A DNA stretch of 64,000 nucleotides, taken from NCBI GenBank assembly GCA_045656825.1, contig JAZORY010000031.1:477-64476 (forward strand), in the 5' to 3' direction. Position 1 is the stretch's first letter; each line of letters begins with the position of its first letter. Shown in pieces: positions 44,993-56,950 of this stretch. This stretch comes from Candidatus Avispirillum sp. (GTDB lineage Bacteria; Bacillota; Clostridia; Oscillospirales; CAG-272). Below the pieces are notes generated by a model. That model was not told the origin of the DNA. It did no database searches and saw nothing but the letters and a program-made list of their open reading frames with translations. The position numbers and the translations under genes are program-made.

Positions 44993-46281
44993 GAGTAAAG
45001 GACACAAGAAAATATTGGATGTGGCTTTCTCATGCCTGCGGTGCAGGCAGTAAGGTTGCAGTTAGCCTTGTTAGACATTTCGGCAACGCCTTTAACGTGT
45101 ATAATGCCGACGAGGACGCTATATCTGAGTGTGATTTCAGAATAGATAAACGAATAAAATCAAATCTTCTATATAAAAATATCTCAGAGGAGGAGGATAT
45201 AATCAGATGGTGCGATGGGTGCGGAGTGCAGATCCTTTGCCCTGATGACACTTTATATCCATCATCTCTCAGAGCGCTTGTTGATGCCCCTATGGTGCTT
45301 TACGTTCTTGGTAATATGCCTGATTTTCAAAACACCTATGCTTGCGCGGTTGTAGGAACGCGTTCTATGACAGATTATGGCAAGGATATGGCATATAAAT
45401 TCGGATATGGTCTTGCAAGCGGTGGCGCAGGTCTGGTGAGTGGCCTTGCTATCGGATGTGATTCTATGGCGATGAAGGGTGCGCTTGATGCTGGAGGCGT
45501 AACTGTTGCAGTTCTGGGTTGCGGAATAGACGTAGTATATCCTAAGGAAAATGAGGCTCTTCTTTCAAGAGTTCTCCATGGCGGAGCTGTTATAACTGAA
45601 TTTTCACCCGGAGTATCTCCGCTAAGAAAGAATTTTCCAATAAGAAACAGAATAATCAGCGGCATTTCTCAGTCAGTCTGCGTAATTGAAGGCAATATGA
45701 GAAGCGGCTCGCTTATAACCGCGCGCCACGCTATTTATCAGGGAAGAGATCTGTTTGCTGTTCCCGGTAAGGTAGGCGAGACGGGCGCTGAGGGAACGAA
45801 TTTTCTTATAAAAAACGGAGCTGATGCAGTAACATCACCCGAGGATATCCTTGCTCGATATGAATTTGTTTATCCTCACACTTTGGACGTTAAAAAGGTT
45901 GTTATGCCCGCGGAATCGAGGCTTGAAGAGGAAGAAGAAATTAAAGTGTTGCCAAAAACGAAGAAAAAGGCAACGCCCAAAAATAAAAAGACTAAGGAGC
46001 CTCCCTTTGAAGAGCAGAAAAAGAGGGTTGCAACTGTTGATTTTGATAGCCTCGGAGATACAGAAAAGAAGGTTTATCGCTCGATGACCCCTGATATTCC
46101 CATGCTTGCAGAGGAGATAAGTGCTGTGTCAGGTGTACCGATTTCAAATATTCTGGCCGCGCTTACCATGCTTGAAATATCAGGAGCTGTTGAATCAGGA
46201 GCGGGCGGATATTTTATGCGCCACGCTGATGATGAAGAGGTTGGAGAGCCTGCAATAACGGAGCTTGACGAGGGTATTTGA
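44989..46281 (+). CDS. dprA: DNA-processing protein DprA
   Basis: AVVGTR, VSGLAIGCD, LGCGIDVVYP, FPIRNRIISG, SGSLITA; GTG start overlapping the upstream stop. Confidence 0.93.
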   Translation: MRVKDTRKYWMWLSHACGAGSKVAVSLVRHFGNAFNVYNADEDAISECDFRIDKRIKSNLLYKNISEEEDIIRWCDGCGVQILCPDDTLYPSSLRALVDAPMVLYVLGNMPDFQNTYACAVVGTRSMTDYGKDMAYKFGYGLASGGAGLVSGLAIGCDSMAMKGALDAGGVTVAVLGCGIDVVYPKENEALLSRVLHGGAVITEFSPGVSPLRKNFPIRNRIISGISQSVCVIEGNMRSGSLITARHAIYQGRDLFAVPGKVGETGAEGTNFLIKNGADAVTSPEDILARYEFVYPHTLDVKKVVMPAESRLEEEEEIKVLPKTKKKATPKNKKTKEPPFEEQKKRVATVDFDSLGDTEKKVYRSMTPDIPMLAEEISAVSGVPISNILAALTMLEISGAVESGAGGYFMRHADDEEVGEPAITELDEGI

Positions 46282-46376
46282 AAAAATAAACAAAAGGGTA
46301 TTGCAAAAGCTCAGCTAAATGAGTATAATCTATATCCGTGTATGATTTATATATTGAAGGGAATTTGTAACAGTAT

Positions 46377-48632
46377 ATGACAAATCTTGTAATATTGGAG
46401 TCTCCTGCGAAGATAAATACTATCAAGGGATTTCTCGGTTCAAGCTATAAGGTAGTAGCATCAAAGGGCCACGTGAGAGATCTGCCTAAGTCTTCTCTTG
46501 GAATTGACGTTGATAATAATTTCAGCGCTCATTACATCAATATAAGAGGAAAAGGAGACCTTATAAAGGAGCTGAAGAAGGAAGCAAAGAAGGCTGACAG
46601 AGTTTTCCTTGCAACTGACCCTGACCGTGAGGGTGAGGCTATTTCCTGGCATCTTGCAACAGCTCTCGGTGTTCCCGAAGAAAAGGTAAAAAGAATAACG
46701 TTTAATGAGCTGACAAAGACAGCGGTTAAAGAAGCGATAAAGAAGCCCCGTGCTATTGATATGGATATCGTAAATGCACAGCAGGCCAGAAGAATTCTTG
46801 ACAGACTTGTAGGATATAAGCTTAGCCCATTCCTTTGGAAAACTGTTAAAAGTGGCCTTTCAGCAGGACGAGTACAGTCTGTTGCAACAAGAATTATCGT
46901 AGAGCGTGAAAACGAGATCAGAGCGTTTGTTCCTCGCGAATATTGGACAATCGATGCTTCCCTTGAAACTGAAAAGGGTAATGCACTTGTTGTCCGCTAT
47001 CACGGAGATGCAGGTGCCAAGGATAAAAAGGACGTCAATTCCGCATCCGAGGCAGAGCTTATCCGAAGCAGCGTAGAGGGAAAAAGCTTCGTAGTTGCAG
47101 ACGTTAAAAAAGGAACGAGAGTTAAGCATCCCACACCTCCTTTTACAACGTCAACTATGCAGCAGGAGGCTTCCCGTAAGCTCAATTTCCAGACACAGCG
47201 TACTATGAGAGTTGCACAGGAGCTTTATGAAGGTATCCACGTTGGTAGCGATGGTGTTCAGGGTCTTATCACTTATATGAGAACAGACTCTCTCCGCGTT
47301 TCTAGCGAAGCTCAGGCGGCAGCTAAGGCTTATATCACAGAAAAATATGGCGAAGAGTATGCGCCTGCTAATTTCCGTGTTTATAAATCCAAGGCAAATG
47401 CTCAGGATGCGCACGAGGCAATACGTCCTTCTTCTATGAAGCTCGAGCCTCAGAAGGTTAAGAAATACCTTTCAAACGATCAGTATAAGATTTATAAGCT
47501 TATCTGGGACAGATTCGTAGCCAGTCAGATGCAGGATGCTGAGCTTGATACTGTGTCTGCCGATCTTGAGTGTGGCGGATGCAGCTTCAGAGCAAGCGGA
47601 TATACTGTTAAGTTCAACGGCTTTATGGCAGTATATGAGGAAACAACTGACGAGGTTGATGAAGAGAAGAACAAAAAGCTTCCCGAGCTTTCTCGCGGCG
47701 ACGTTCTTCGTAATCTTGGAGTTTCTTGCGATCAGCATTTTACAGAGCCCCCTGCAAGATATACGGAAGCATCTCTCGTAAAATTCCTTGAAGAAAAAGG
47801 AATCGGCAGACCTTCCACTTATACTCCTATTATAACAATAATTATCTCAAGAGGATACGTTTCCAGAGATGGAAAATCTCTTGTGCCCACACCTCTCGGA
47901 GAGGTTATAACAGATATTATGGTGAAGAATTTCTCCGATATCGTTGATTATAAGTTCACGTCCTCAATGGAAGATAGCCTTGACTCCATTGAAGAGGGTA
48001 ACACAGATATGGAGGAAATGCTTAATAAGTTCTACGGTATTTTCAGTGCAGAGCTTGAAAAAGCAGAATCAACTATCTCTAAGGAGGATATAACTGTTCC
48101 CGTTGAGGAAACAGATATCATCTGCGATAAGTGCGGAAGCACAATGATCCTTAAAAACGGACGCTTTGGTAAGTTTGCGGCATGTCCCAACTATCCCGAG
48201 TGTAAGAATACAAAGCCTCTTGTGAAAAAAGAGGTTGTGTTGCCTCTCGAAGAGGATGCAGATGCTCCTTGTAAGTGTGAGAAGTGCGGCTCTGATATGG
48301 TTATGAGAAGCGGACGTTACGGTTCATTTTATGCTTGCTCAAAGTATCCCGAGTGTAAATTCACAAAGCAAAAGGGTAAGGGCCTTGGTGTAAACTGTCC
48401 TGATTGCGGAAGCGAGATAGTAACAAAATACGGCAAGAACAGAACAGTGTTCTATTCCTGCTCAAAATATCCCGAGTGTAAGTTCTCCTCATGGGATATG
48501 CCCACAGCAGAAAAATGCCCTGATTGCGGCGAAATGCTTTATCGCAAGAAGGGAAAAGACAACCTTATTTGCAAAAAAGAGGGTTGCGGATATAAATCAG
48601 AAAGTATAGCTGAAACAAATGAAGAAAATTAA
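46377..48632 (+). CDS. topA: DNA topoisomerase I
   Basis: [32 protein letters not shown]-terminal zinc ribbons; TTGCAA-N17-TATAAT at 46301-46329. Confidence 0.97.
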   Translation: MTNLVILESPAKINTIKGFLGSSYKVVASKGHVRDLPKSSLGIDVDNNFSAHYINIRGKGDLIKELKKEAKKADRVFLATDPDREGEAISWHLATALGVPEEKVKRITFNELTKTAVKEAIKKPRAIDMDIVNAQQARRILDRLVGYKLSPFLWKTVKSGLSAGRVQSVATRIIVERENEIRAFVPREYWTIDASLETEKGNALVVRYHGDAGAKDKKDVNSASEAELIRSSVEGKSFVVADVKKGTRVKHPTPPFTTSTMQQEASRKLNFQTQRTMRVAQELYEGIHVGSDGVQGLITYMRTDSLRVSSEAQAAAKAYITEKYGEEYAPANFRVYKSKANAQDAHEAIRPSSMKLEPQKVKKYLSNDQYKIYKLIWDRFVASQMQDAELDTVSADLECGGCSFRASGYTVKFNGFMAVYEETTDEVDEEKNKKLPELSRGDVLRNLGVSCDQHFTEPPARYTEASLVKFLEEKGIGRPSTYTPIITIIISRGYVSRDGKSLVPTPLGEVITDIMVKNFSDIVDYKFTSSMEDSLDSIEEGNTDMEEMLNKFYGIFSAELEKAESTISKEDITVPVEETDIICDKCGSTMILKNGRFGKFAACPNYPECKNTKPLVKKEVVLPLEEDADAPCKCEKCGSDMVMRSGRYGSFYACSKYPECKFTKQKGKGLGVNCPDCGSEIVTKYGKNRTVFYSCSKYPECKFSSWDMPTAEKCPDCGEMLYRKKGKDNLICKKEGCGYKSESIAETNEEN

Positions 48633-49941
48633 TGTCATTGGAGCAGGTCTCGCGGGCTGTGAAGCCGCGTGGCAGGCAGCAGAGCGCGGAAATAAGGTAG
48701 TGCTCTGGGAAATGAAGCCCCTTAAAAAAACGCCTGCTCATCATAGCGATACATTTGCGGAGCTTGTTTGCTCCAATTCACTCAGAAGTAATGACGTAAC
48801 CAGCGGTGTAGGTCTTCTTAAGGAAGAGCTGCGCCGTATGGGTTCTCTTATAATGGAAGCAGCCTATGCAACTCAGGTGGCAGCAGGCGGTGCGTTGGCT
48901 GTCGACAGAAAGCTTTTTTCTGAGTATATAACAAATAAAATAAAGAATCATCCCAATATTGAGATTGTCGAGGCTGAGGTAACGGAAATTCCCACAGAGG
49001 ATATCAATATTATCGCTACGGGTCCTCTTACGTCAGATGCTCTTGCAGAAAAGATTTCCGAGCTTATCGGTGGTCAGAAGCTTTCGTTCTTCGATGCCGC
49101 AGCTCCAATTGTGGATTTTTCAACTATTGATATGGATAAAGCGTTCTTCGCATCAAGATACGATAAAGGAACACCCGACTATATCAATTGCCCTATGAAT
49201 AAAGAGGAATATCTTGCTTTTTATGAGGCTCTTGTCTCCGCAGAGGAGGCACAGCTTCACGATTTTGAAAAGGGTGAAAAAATCAAGGTCTTTGAGGGAT
49301 GTATGCCTGTTGAGGTTATGGCGAGACGCGGCGAGGATACACTCCGATTCGGTCCTATGAAGCCCGTAGGCCTTCATAAGCCCGGATGTGAGGATAGCTA
49401 CTATGCAGTTGTTCAGCTTCGACGTGAAAATGAAAGCGGAACTATGTATAATATCGTTGGCTTCCAGACACATCTTACGTTCCCTGAGCAGAGAAGAGTG
49501 TTCAGAATGATTCCCGGTCTTGAAAATGCTGATTTTCTCAGATACGGCGTAATGCATAGAAACACCTTCCTCAATTCTCCCGAATTGCTGAACCCTGACT
49601 ATTCTATGCGTACAAACGAGACTTTGTTTTTCGCAGGTCAGATGACAGGCGTTGAAGGGTATATCGAATCAGCAGCCTCCGGATTTGTTTGCGGTGTTTC
49701 TGCAGCTGCAAAGGCTGATGAAAAAGATCCGTATATTTTCCCTGACGTAACAATGATCGGAGCGATGGCACAGTACGTAAGCTGCGGCGGTGCTGCTGCA
49801 TTCCAGCCTATGAATGCTAATTTCGGAATTATCAGAAATCCTGAAATGAAGATCAAAGGCGGTAAAAAGCCCAGATATGAATATTATGCAAAGCGCGCTC
49901 TTGACGTGATCGACGCGGTAGTTGCAGAAAATAAAATTTGA
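48619..49941 (+). CDS. trmFO: tRNA (uracil-54) methyltransferase TrmFO
   Basis: [43 protein letters not shown]. Confidence 0.96.
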   Translation: MKKINVIGAGLAGCEAAWQAAERGNKVVLWEMKPLKKTPAHHSDTFAELVCSNSLRSNDVTSGVGLLKEELRRMGSLIMEAAYATQVAAGGALAVDRKLFSEYITNKIKNHPNIEIVEAEVTEIPTEDINIIATGPLTSDALAEKISELIGGQKLSFFDAAAPIVDFSTIDMDKAFFASRYDKGTPDYINCPMNKEEYLAFYEALVSAEEAQLHDFEKGEKIKVFEGCMPVEVMARRGEDTLRFGPMKPVGLHKPGCEDSYYAVVQLRRENESGTMYNIVGFQTHLTFPEQRRVFRMIPGLENADFLRYGVMHRNTFLNSPELLNPDYSMRTNETLFFAGQMTGVEGYIESAASGFVCGVSAAAKADEKDPYIFPDVTMIGAMAQYVSCGGAAAFQPMNANFGIIRNPEMKIKGGKKPRYEYYAKRALDVIDAVVAENKI

Positions 49942-49953
49942 TTTTGGGAGGTA

Positions 49954-50679
49954 ATGAAAATGGCAAATCTTGAAAATCTTCCCCTTGAGCTTTCCGGACT
50001 TGAGAAATGTCTCGGGTATAAATTTAAGAATATAGATCTGCTTCGTACAGCAACAACACATTCCTCCTACGTTAACGAGGTAAAAACAAAGGGCGAGGCG
50101 CCTGAATGTAACGAGCGCCTTGAGTTCCTTGGAGATTCTGTCCTGTCCATTATTGTCAGCAGATATCTTTTTGCTGAATATAAGGATATTCAGGAGGGAG
50201 ATCTCACAAAAATCAGAGCAAGTGTCGTTTGTGAGAAGGCACTTGCAAAGTATTCTCGCGAGATAGGACTTGGAAATTATCTTCTTCTTGGTAAGGGCGA
50301 GGATCATAATAAGGGCAGAGAAAGAGCATCTATTATTGCAGATGCATTTGAGGCTGTTCTCGGAGCATTTTATCTTGACACAAATTTTGATAGCGAGCCT
50401 ATTGCGAAATTCCTTATGCCTTTCGTAAAGAAGGAGATCGAGTTTATCCGCTCTTCTGCTTCCTTTGTAGATTATAAAACAACTCTGCAGCAAATAGTTC
50501 AGCAGGCTAACGGAGAGCGTCTTGAATACGTTCTTGTAGCAGAAAGAGGACCTGATCATAGTAAGACCTTTACGGTTGAGGCGAGACTTAATTCCAACGT
50601 GATCGGCAGCGGAGAGGGCGCATCAAAAAGAGAAGCGGAGCAGATGGCTGCAAAGAAGGCTCTTGAAATTTTCAATTGA
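49954..50679 (+). CDS. rnc: Ribonuclease III
   Basis: NERLEFLGDSVL, ADAFEAVLGA, C-terminal dsRBD. Confidence 0.96.
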   Translation: MKMANLENLPLELSGLEKCLGYKFKNIDLLRTATTHSSYVNEVKTKGEAPECNERLEFLGDSVLSIIVSRYLFAEYKDIQEGDLTKIRASVVCEKALAKYSREIGLGNYLLLGKGEDHNKGRERASIIADAFEAVLGAFYLDTNFDSEPIAKFLMPFVKKEIEFIRSSASFVDYKTTLQQIVQQANGERLEYVLVAERGPDHSKTFTVEARLNSNVIGSGEGASKREAEQMAAKKALEIFN

Positions 50680-50691
50680 AACGGAAGTAAT

Positions 50692-51702
50692 ATGAAACAT
50701 ATTAATATACCGCTGTTTATTCAGCATATGGGCTGCCCGAATCAGTGCGTTTTTTGTGATCAACGCGCTATAACGGGGGCCCCTTCCTTTTGTTATGACA
50801 AGGTAACAAAGGACATAGAATCCGTTCTTTCAACAGCAGGTGATGCAGAATGTGAGATTGCATTTTTTGGAGGTTCCTTTACCGGTATTGACAGAAATCT
50901 GATGATAAACCTTCTTGATTTGGCAGAAGGATACGTAAAGCTCGGAAAAGTGAAGGGAATAAGAATGTCAACCCGTCCTGATTATATTTCCGAGGAAATT
51001 TGCGATATATTGGAGAGGTATTCTGTTTCTCAGATAGAGCTTGGAATCCAAAGTATGTCTCAGAAGGTTCTTGATGCTTCGAGAAGAGGACACACGGTTG
51101 AGGAGACTATAAATGCGTGTAAGCTGCTTTCTGATAGGGGCTTTTCTTTTGGAGGGCAAATGATGGTTGGTCTTCCGGCAGCTGATAAAAAAAGTGAAAT
51201 TGAAACTGCTGAGAAAATATGCGAATTGGGCGCTGATTCAACCAGAATATATCCGCTTGTAGTTTTTAAGAACACACCATTGGCTCACATGACGGAGAGG
51301 GGAGAATATATTCCTCTGTCAGTTGAAGATGCTGTTGAGAGAGCAGCTGAGGTTTATGAAATTTTTCTTAAAAACGGTGTGAAATGCCTTAAAATCGGTC
51401 TTCATGAAACAGAAAGCCTGCATAGCGAAGAAGCCTATCTTGCAGGGCCTAATCATAGTGCTATGGGAGAGCTTGTAAAGAGTGAGATTTATAGGCGTGA
51501 AATTATGAAAAAAGCTCAGCTTTTAACTGAAACCAAGGGTGGAAATTTATTGATTGAAGCACCCAAAGGAGCCACTTCAAAAATCATAGGTCAAAAAGGC
51601 GTAAATAAACGAAAAATTATTGGCGAACTGGGCGTTAAAAGCATTAAAATCCTTGAAAAATCGAATTTGAAGGAGTATAATATATCTGTTAAACTATTTT
51701 GA
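50692..51702 (+). CDS. Elp3-like radical SAM protein
   Basis: GCPNQCVFC, IAFFGGSFT, STRPD, IELGIQS; usual rnc-smc position. Confidence 0.9.
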   Translation: MKHINIPLFIQHMGCPNQCVFCDQRAITGAPSFCYDKVTKDIESVLSTAGDAECEIAFFGGSFTGIDRNLMINLLDLAEGYVKLGKVKGIRMSTRPDYISEEICDILERYSVSQIELGIQSMSQKVLDASRRGHTVEETINACKLLSDRGFSFGGQMMVGLPAADKKSEIETAEKICELGADSTRIYPLVVFKNTPLAHMTERGEYIPLSVEDAVERAAEVYEIFLKNGVKCLKIGLHETESLHSEEAYLAGPNHSAMGELVKSEIYRREIMKKAQLLTETKGGNLLIEAPKGATSKIIGQKGVNKRKIIGELGVKSIKILEKSNLKEYNISVKLF

Positions 51703-51748
51703 AAAAACGACAATTGACTAAAACGACGTATAAATAATCAGAAAGGAA

Positions 51749-54700
51749 GTGAGTGGCGTGTATCTGAAAACCCTTGAGTTGCATGGATTCAAATCGTTTC
51801 CGGAGAAAACGATTTTGCATTTCAATCCCGGTTCTACGATCATTGTTGGACCTAACGGAAGCGGTAAATCTAACGTAACAGATGCTATGAGATGGGTTTT
51901 GGGTGAGCTTTCCAGTAAGAACATCCGAGGAACCAAAATGGAAGACGTTATTTTCGTTGGCGCCGACGGACATCGCCCCATGAGCTTTGCGGAGGTATCC
52001 GTTACTTTTGATGATTCCGAGGAACCCAGAAAGCTGAATTGCCCCTATGAAGAGGTAACCGTTACCAGAAGATATTACAGAGCAGGCGAAAGTGAATATT
52101 TCATAAATCGTAAGCCTTGTCGTCTTAAGGATATCAACGAACTCTTTATGAACACAGGTATCGGCCGAGAGGGATATTCCATCGTAGGTCAGGGTAAGAT
52201 AGCTGAGATCATTTCCAAAAAGAGTGAAGATCGCCGCGGTATATTCGAAGAAACTGCCGGTATCACAAAATACAGATATAAGAAAAACGAAGCACAGAAG
52301 AAGCTTAACGAAACTGACGAGAATATGACTCGTATTCTTGATATTTTCACAGAGATAGAAGGCAGAATCGGGCCTCTTGAGCGTGAAGCACAGAAGGCGA
52401 GAAAATATCTTGAGCTTTATGACGAGAAAAAACAGCTCGACGTTTCTCTTTGGCTTCTTGATATAGAAAAAATCAGATGCGATGTTGATAAGGTAACAGC
52501 GGATTGTCGCCTTTCTGCTCACGATCTTGAAATGGCTGATGATGAATCCACACAGCTTGAAACAAAATGTCAGCGTCTGTTCGATATTTCGCAGGAAAAT
52601 AAGCAGCATAGTGCTCAGCTTTATGATGAGATTAAAGCAATTACAGAAGCTATTCACACAGCTGAAAATAAATATCGTCTGCTTGAAAACGATATTCTCC
52701 ATGCAGAAACAAGAATTTCAGCTTCTAAGGAAGCAGCAGAAAAAAATGCAGAGGCTATCAGCAAAGAAGAGCAGTATGAAGCTGCACAGACGGCGAGACT
52801 TGAGGAAAATAAAAACGAAACTGATAAGGTTCTTGCAGAGATAGATAAATTGAGCGAGGAAAAGGTTCAGTTTAGTGGAAAAATAGAAGCTCTTGAACGC
52901 GAGCTTGAGGATTCTCTGGCTGTTTTGCAGGGATATGAAAGCGAGATCGCAGATCTTAACGTTCGTCTGGAGGTTTTACGTGCAAGTATAAGCGACCAGA
53001 GCGAAAGAGAATCAACTATTCGTGTTGACGTTGCTAAATATGAGAAAAAACTTAGCGATATAACAGCCGAAGCTGACGAGTGCAGGAGAAGCGTAGAAGC
53101 GTATGAGGCTGCACTTAAAAAGTCAGACGATGCAGTTGCTGAGTGCGACCGTCAGATACTCACAATTTCTGACAAGATAGAAAATATTCGTCGGGAGCAT
53201 AGCGCAAACGTTGCTGCAGCTGAGGCTATTTCCAGCCGAATTGCAGCGCTTAAAAGAATGCAGGAGCATTTTGACGGATATAATAATAGCGTCAAGTTTG
53301 TAATGAATAAATCCTCTGAGGGCAAGCTCAGAGGAATCCACGGGCCTATTTCGAGCCTTATTAAAGTTCAGGATAAATACATAGTTGCTCTTGAAACGGC
53401 ATTTGGCTCAGCGCTCCAGAATATAGTTGTTGACGATGAAGCGTCAGCGAAAGCAGCAATTAGATCCCTTAAAGATGCAGGCGCCGGCAGAGCAACGTTC
53501 TATCCGCTTTCAAGTATTGCAGGTCAGGATAAAACGAAAGAGCTTGTAGATGCTAAGAATCATCAGGGATTTGTCGGATATGCAAACGAGCTTCTCTCAT
53601 GCGAATCTAAGTATAATAATATAATCAGCAGCGTTGTTGGCAGAATCGCAGTTTTTGATAATATTGATAACGCATCCGACGTTGCAAGAAAATCAGGATG
53701 GAGACTCCGTATTGTAACGCTTGATGGTCAGCAGATCAATATGGGTGGTTCCTTTACAGGCGGCTCGGTTCGTCGTGATTCAGGCGTGCTTTCACGCGGA
53801 TCACATATTGATAAGCTTGAAGAAGAAAAGAAAGAGCTAGATAAAAAGGTCGAGGCTTCCTCAGCAGAGCTGAAAAAATATTCTGATAAATCAGCTGAGC
53901 TTTCTGCTTACAGAAGAAAAGAAGATGAAAAGGCAAAGCTATCAGAGGTTCTTCTCAGAACAGAGAGAGCACAGCTTGACGAGCTTGAGGCTAACAGAGG
54001 AGTAACTGAAAATCTTCTTACTCAGCTTAAGAGCGATATGGATAAGCTTTCAGAGGTTGGAAAGCGTGGCGGAGCAGATGCTGTGGCGCTTGAAGAAGAA
54101 ATTGAAAAGCTTCGCGCTATGTCCAAGGCTGTTTCTGAGGAAAGAGCGGAAACAAGCATTGAAAAGGGAGCATACGAGGATAAGCTTGACGAAATTGCTG
54201 AAAAGAATAATTCAGCTCAGCTTTCTCTCGTTTCTCTTATGCGCGACGCTGAGAATATCAATGAAATGATTCTTGCCTCAAAGGAGAGAAGCAGCGCGCT
54301 CAGAGGAGATGCCGAGGGTTATAAAACTGACGTTGAGGTCCTTGTTGCATCTATCGACGATATAAGAAGTCAAATTGAGGAAAAGAAGAACGAGGCTAGT
54401 AGTCTTTCTGCTAAGCTCAAAGAAACAGAAGCAGAGAGAGAAAAGCTTGTGGATGCCTCAAACGAATATGATAAAAAGCTTAATGATATTCGTTTGCAGA
54501 TACAGGATCTTTCATCCAAAAAGGAGATACTTGTTCGTGCACATGCAGCAAACGAATCAAAGCTAGAAAGACTTGTTTCCGAGGTTGATAAGATGACAAG
54601 TCGTCTGTGGGATGACTATGAGCTTACACATTCAGCTGCTGTTGCTTTAGGATATCCTGTTATAGAACCCGAAAAGAGAGCATCAAGTGCCGCAAGGCTG

Positions 54701-55363
54701 GCAGAGCTGAGAAGTGCTGTTAAATCTCTTGGACACGTAAACGTCGGAGCAATTGAAGAGTATTCTGCTCTTAATGAAAGATACGTGCATCTTAAAGCTC
54801 AGATTGAAGACCTTACGCAGTCTAAAGCAGAGCTTGAAAAGATTGTAAACTCAATTGAAGAAGAAATGAAGAGAATGTTCTCCGAGGCTTTTGAAAAGGT
54901 CAATAAATATTTTGGAGAAACGTTTAAGGAGTTGTTTGGAGGCGGTAGTGCTCATCTGACTCTCACAGATCCCGAAAACATTTTAACGTCCGGTGTTGAA
55001 ATCAGCGCAGCGCCTCCCGGAAAAATGGTTAAGAGCCTTAATCTTCTTTCCGGTGGTGAGCAGGCTTTCGTTGCAATTGCTCTTATTTTTGCATTGATCA
55101 AGGTTAATCCTTCACCGTTCTGTATCTTCGACGAAATTGAGGCAGCGCTTGACGAAGTTAACGTAACACGAGTTGCAAACTATGTTCGTCGCTTCTCTAA
55201 GGAGCTGCAGATCATTATGATTACACACCGTCGTGGTATGATGGAAACAGCGGACACACTTTACGGTGTAACAATGCCTCGTAGAGGTATTTCTAAGGTG
55301 TTCACACTTGACGTAAATGCAGTAGCGGAAAATCGTTCAAGCGTTGATGAATTCCTTAAATAA
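51749..55363 (+). CDS. smc: Chromosome segregation protein SMC
   Basis: GFKSF, GPNGSGKSN, hinge domain, LSGGE, FCIFDEIEAALD. Confidence 0.97.
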   Translation: MSGVYLKTLELHGFKSFPEKTILHFNPGSTIIVGPNGSGKSNVTDAMRWVLGELSSKNIRGTKMEDVIFVGADGHRPMSFAEVSVTFDDSEEPRKLNCPYEEVTVTRRYYRAGESEYFINRKPCRLKDINELFMNTGIGREGYSIVGQGKIAEIISKKSEDRRGIFEETAGITKYRYKKNEAQKKLNETDENMTRILDIFTEIEGRIGPLEREAQKARKYLELYDEKKQLDVSLWLLDIEKIRCDVDKVTADCRLSAHDLEMADDESTQLETKCQRLFDISQENKQHSAQLYDEIKAITEAIHTAENKYRLLENDILHAETRISASKEAAEKNAEAISKEEQYEAAQTARLEENKNETDKVLAEIDKLSEEKVQFSGKIEALERELEDSLAVLQGYESEIADLNVRLEVLRASISDQSERESTIRVDVAKYEKKLSDITAEADECRRSVEAYEAALKKSDDAVAECDRQILTISDKIENIRREHSANVAAAEAISSRIAALKRMQEHFDGYNNSVKFVMNKSSEGKLRGIHGPISSLIKVQDKYIVALETAFGSALQNIVVDDEASAKAAIRSLKDAGAGRATFYPLSSIAGQDKTKELVDAKNHQGFVGYANELLSCESKYNNIISSVVGRIAVFDNIDNASDVARKSGWRLRIVTLDGQQINMGGSFTGGSVRRDSGVLSRGSHIDKLEEEKKELDKKVEASSAELKKYSDKSAELSAYRRKEDEKAKLSEVLLRTERAQLDELEANRGVTENLLTQLKSDMDKLSEVGKRGGADAVALEEEIEKLRAMSKAVSEERAETSIEKGAYEDKLDEIAEKNNSAQLSLVSLMRDAENINEMILASKERSSALRGDAEGYKTDVEVLVASIDDIRSQIEEKKNEASSLSAKLKETEAEREKLVDASNEYDKKLNDIRLQIQDLSSKKEILVRAHAANESKLERLVSEVDKMTSRLWDDYELTHSAAVALGYPVIEPEKRASSAARLAELRSAVKSLGHVNVGAIEEYSALNERYVHLKAQIEDLTQSKAELEKIVNSIEEEMKRMFSEAFEKVNKYFGETFKELFGGGSAHLTLTDPENILTSGVEISAAPPGKMVKSLNLLSGGEQAFVAIALIFALIKVNPSPFCIFDEIEAALDEVNVTRVANYVRRFSKELQIIMITHRRGMMETADTLYGVTMPRRGISKVFTLDVNAVAENRSSVDEFLK

Positions 55364-55377
55364 GAAAGGTTTATGTA

Positions 55378-56283
55378 ATGGGCTTTTTTGACAGATTAAA
55401 GGGAGGACTTGCAAAAACTAAAAATGCAGTTCTCGGTCAGGTTGATAATATTCTCAAAGCCTTCGTAAAGGTTGATGAAGATCTTTTAGAAGAGCTTGAG
55501 GAAATACTTATCTGTGCAGATATGGGCTTTGAAACAACAGAGGAGATTATGGATGAGCTTCGCGAGGCTGTACGTGATGGCAGACTTAAAGAAGCTTCTC
55601 AGGTTAAGGACGCGTTGAAGGATCTTCTTCGCGAAAAGGTTGGAGAGGGAAGTCCCCTCAACCTTGAAACCTCTCCCTCAGTTATTTTAATTATCGGTGT
55701 AAACGGCGTTGGTAAAACAACGTCTATCGGTAAAATAGCTGCAAATCTTAAAGCTCAGGGGAAAACTGTCGTTGTTGCAGCAGCCGATACATTCCGAGCA
55801 GCAGCAATCGAACAGCTCCAGGTCTGGACAGACAGAGCAGGCGTTGAGCTTATAAAGCAGAGCGAGGGTAGCGACCCTGCTGCAGTAGTTTTCGATGCTT
55901 GCGCCGCGGCTAAAAAAAGAAATGCCGACGTTCTTATCGTAGACACGGCAGGTAGACTCCATAATAAGAAAAATCTTATGAATGAGCTTGCTAAAATTGA
56001 TAGAGTTATCGGTCGTGAGCTTCCCGGAGCATCTCGCGAAACTCTTCTTGTTCTTGATTCTACAACAGGACAGAATGCAGTTATGCAGGCAAAAGAGTTT
56101 AAGGAAAGCGCAGATATTTCCGGACTCATTCTTACAAAGCTTGACGGTACAGCTAAAGGCGGCGCCGTGTTTAGTATTAAGAGGGTTCTTGATATTCCCG
56201 TTAAATTTATTGGAGTTGGTGAGCAGATAGACGATATGCAGCCCTTTGATGCTGATATGTTCGTTGATGCTTTGTTTGATTGA
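55378..56283 (+). CDS. ftsY: SRP receptor FtsY
   Basis: GVNGVGKTT, DTFRAAA, DTAGR, TKLDGTAKGG. Confidence 0.97.
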   Translation: MGFFDRLKGGLAKTKNAVLGQVDNILKAFVKVDEDLLEELEEILICADMGFETTEEIMDELREAVRDGRLKEASQVKDALKDLLREKVGEGSPLNLETSPSVILIIGVNGVGKTTSIGKIAANLKAQGKTVVVAAADTFRAAAIEQLQVWTDRAGVELIKQSEGSDPAAVVFDACAAAKKRNADVLIVDTAGRLHNKKNLMNELAKIDRVIGRELPGASRETLLVLDSTTGQNAVMQAKEFKESADISGLILTKLDGTAKGGAVFSIKRVLDIPVKFIGVGEQIDDMQPFDADMFVDALFD

Positions 56284-56284
56284 T

Positions 56285-56950
56285 ATGGAAATAGTACTTG
56301 CATCTAAAAATAAAAATAAAATCAGAGAAATGCAGCAGCTTGTAAATGAGCTCTGTGAAAGAGAGATTAAAATTCTGTCGCTTGAGGATATCGGCTATGA
56401 GGGCGATATCATAGAGGACGGTTCAACCTTTAAGGAAAACGCTGCAATCAAGGCGTCTGTTCCTGCTATGCTGGGTTATTACGGTATAGCCGATGATTCC
56501 GGATTGACGGTTGATTATCTTAACGGTGCTCCCGGTATATATTCTGCAAGATATTCAGGAGAGGGAGCAACAGATGCATCAAATAACGAAAAGCTTATGG
56601 CAGAAATGCAGGGCGTTCCTTATGAAAACAGAGACGCTGCATACGTTTGCGCAATAGCTTTTGCTGCGCCCAAGGAAAAACAGCTTGATGAGGGCGATAA
56701 GGAGCTTTCCGAGTTTGCAACAAAGCATAGTAATAAAGAAATAACAGTTCGTGCATTTGATGGTGAGTGTAGAGGAGTTCTTCTTGATTATTATCGCGGC
56801 AACGGCGGGTTCGGATATGATCCAATGTTTTACGTAAAGGAATTTGATAAGACCTTTGCAGAAACCACAGCAGAAGAAAAAAATAGTATAAGCCATAGAG
56901 GTAAGGCGCTCAGAGCGTTCGCAGCTTGGCTTAATAATTTGGAGAAATAA
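56285..56950 (+). CDS. rdgB: Non-canonical purine NTP pyrophosphatase (RdgB/HAM1)
   Basis: ADDSGL, PGIYSARY, GFGYDP, KNSISHRG. Confidence 0.93.
   Translation: MEIVLASKNKNKIREMQQLVNELCEREIKILSLEDIGYEGDIIEDGSTFKENAAIKASVPAMLGYYGIADDSGLTVDYLNGAPGIYSARYSGEGATDASNNEKLMAEMQGVPYENRDAAYVCAIAFAAPKEKQLDEGDKELSEFATKHSNKEITVRAFDGECRGVLLDYYRGNGGFGYDPMFYVKEFDKTFAETTAEEKNSISHRGKALRAFAAWLNNLEK

Noticed and set aside
48120..48600. Repeated TATCCCGAGTGTAA segments
   Set aside because: These are the ordinary zinc-ribbon repeats (YPECK) of TopA, not a CRISPR or mobile repeat
49941..49954. Absence of xerC/plsX/acpP between trmFO and rnc, and of prmC near prfA
   Set aside because: Ordinary gene-order variation; these genes may lie elsewhere in the genome
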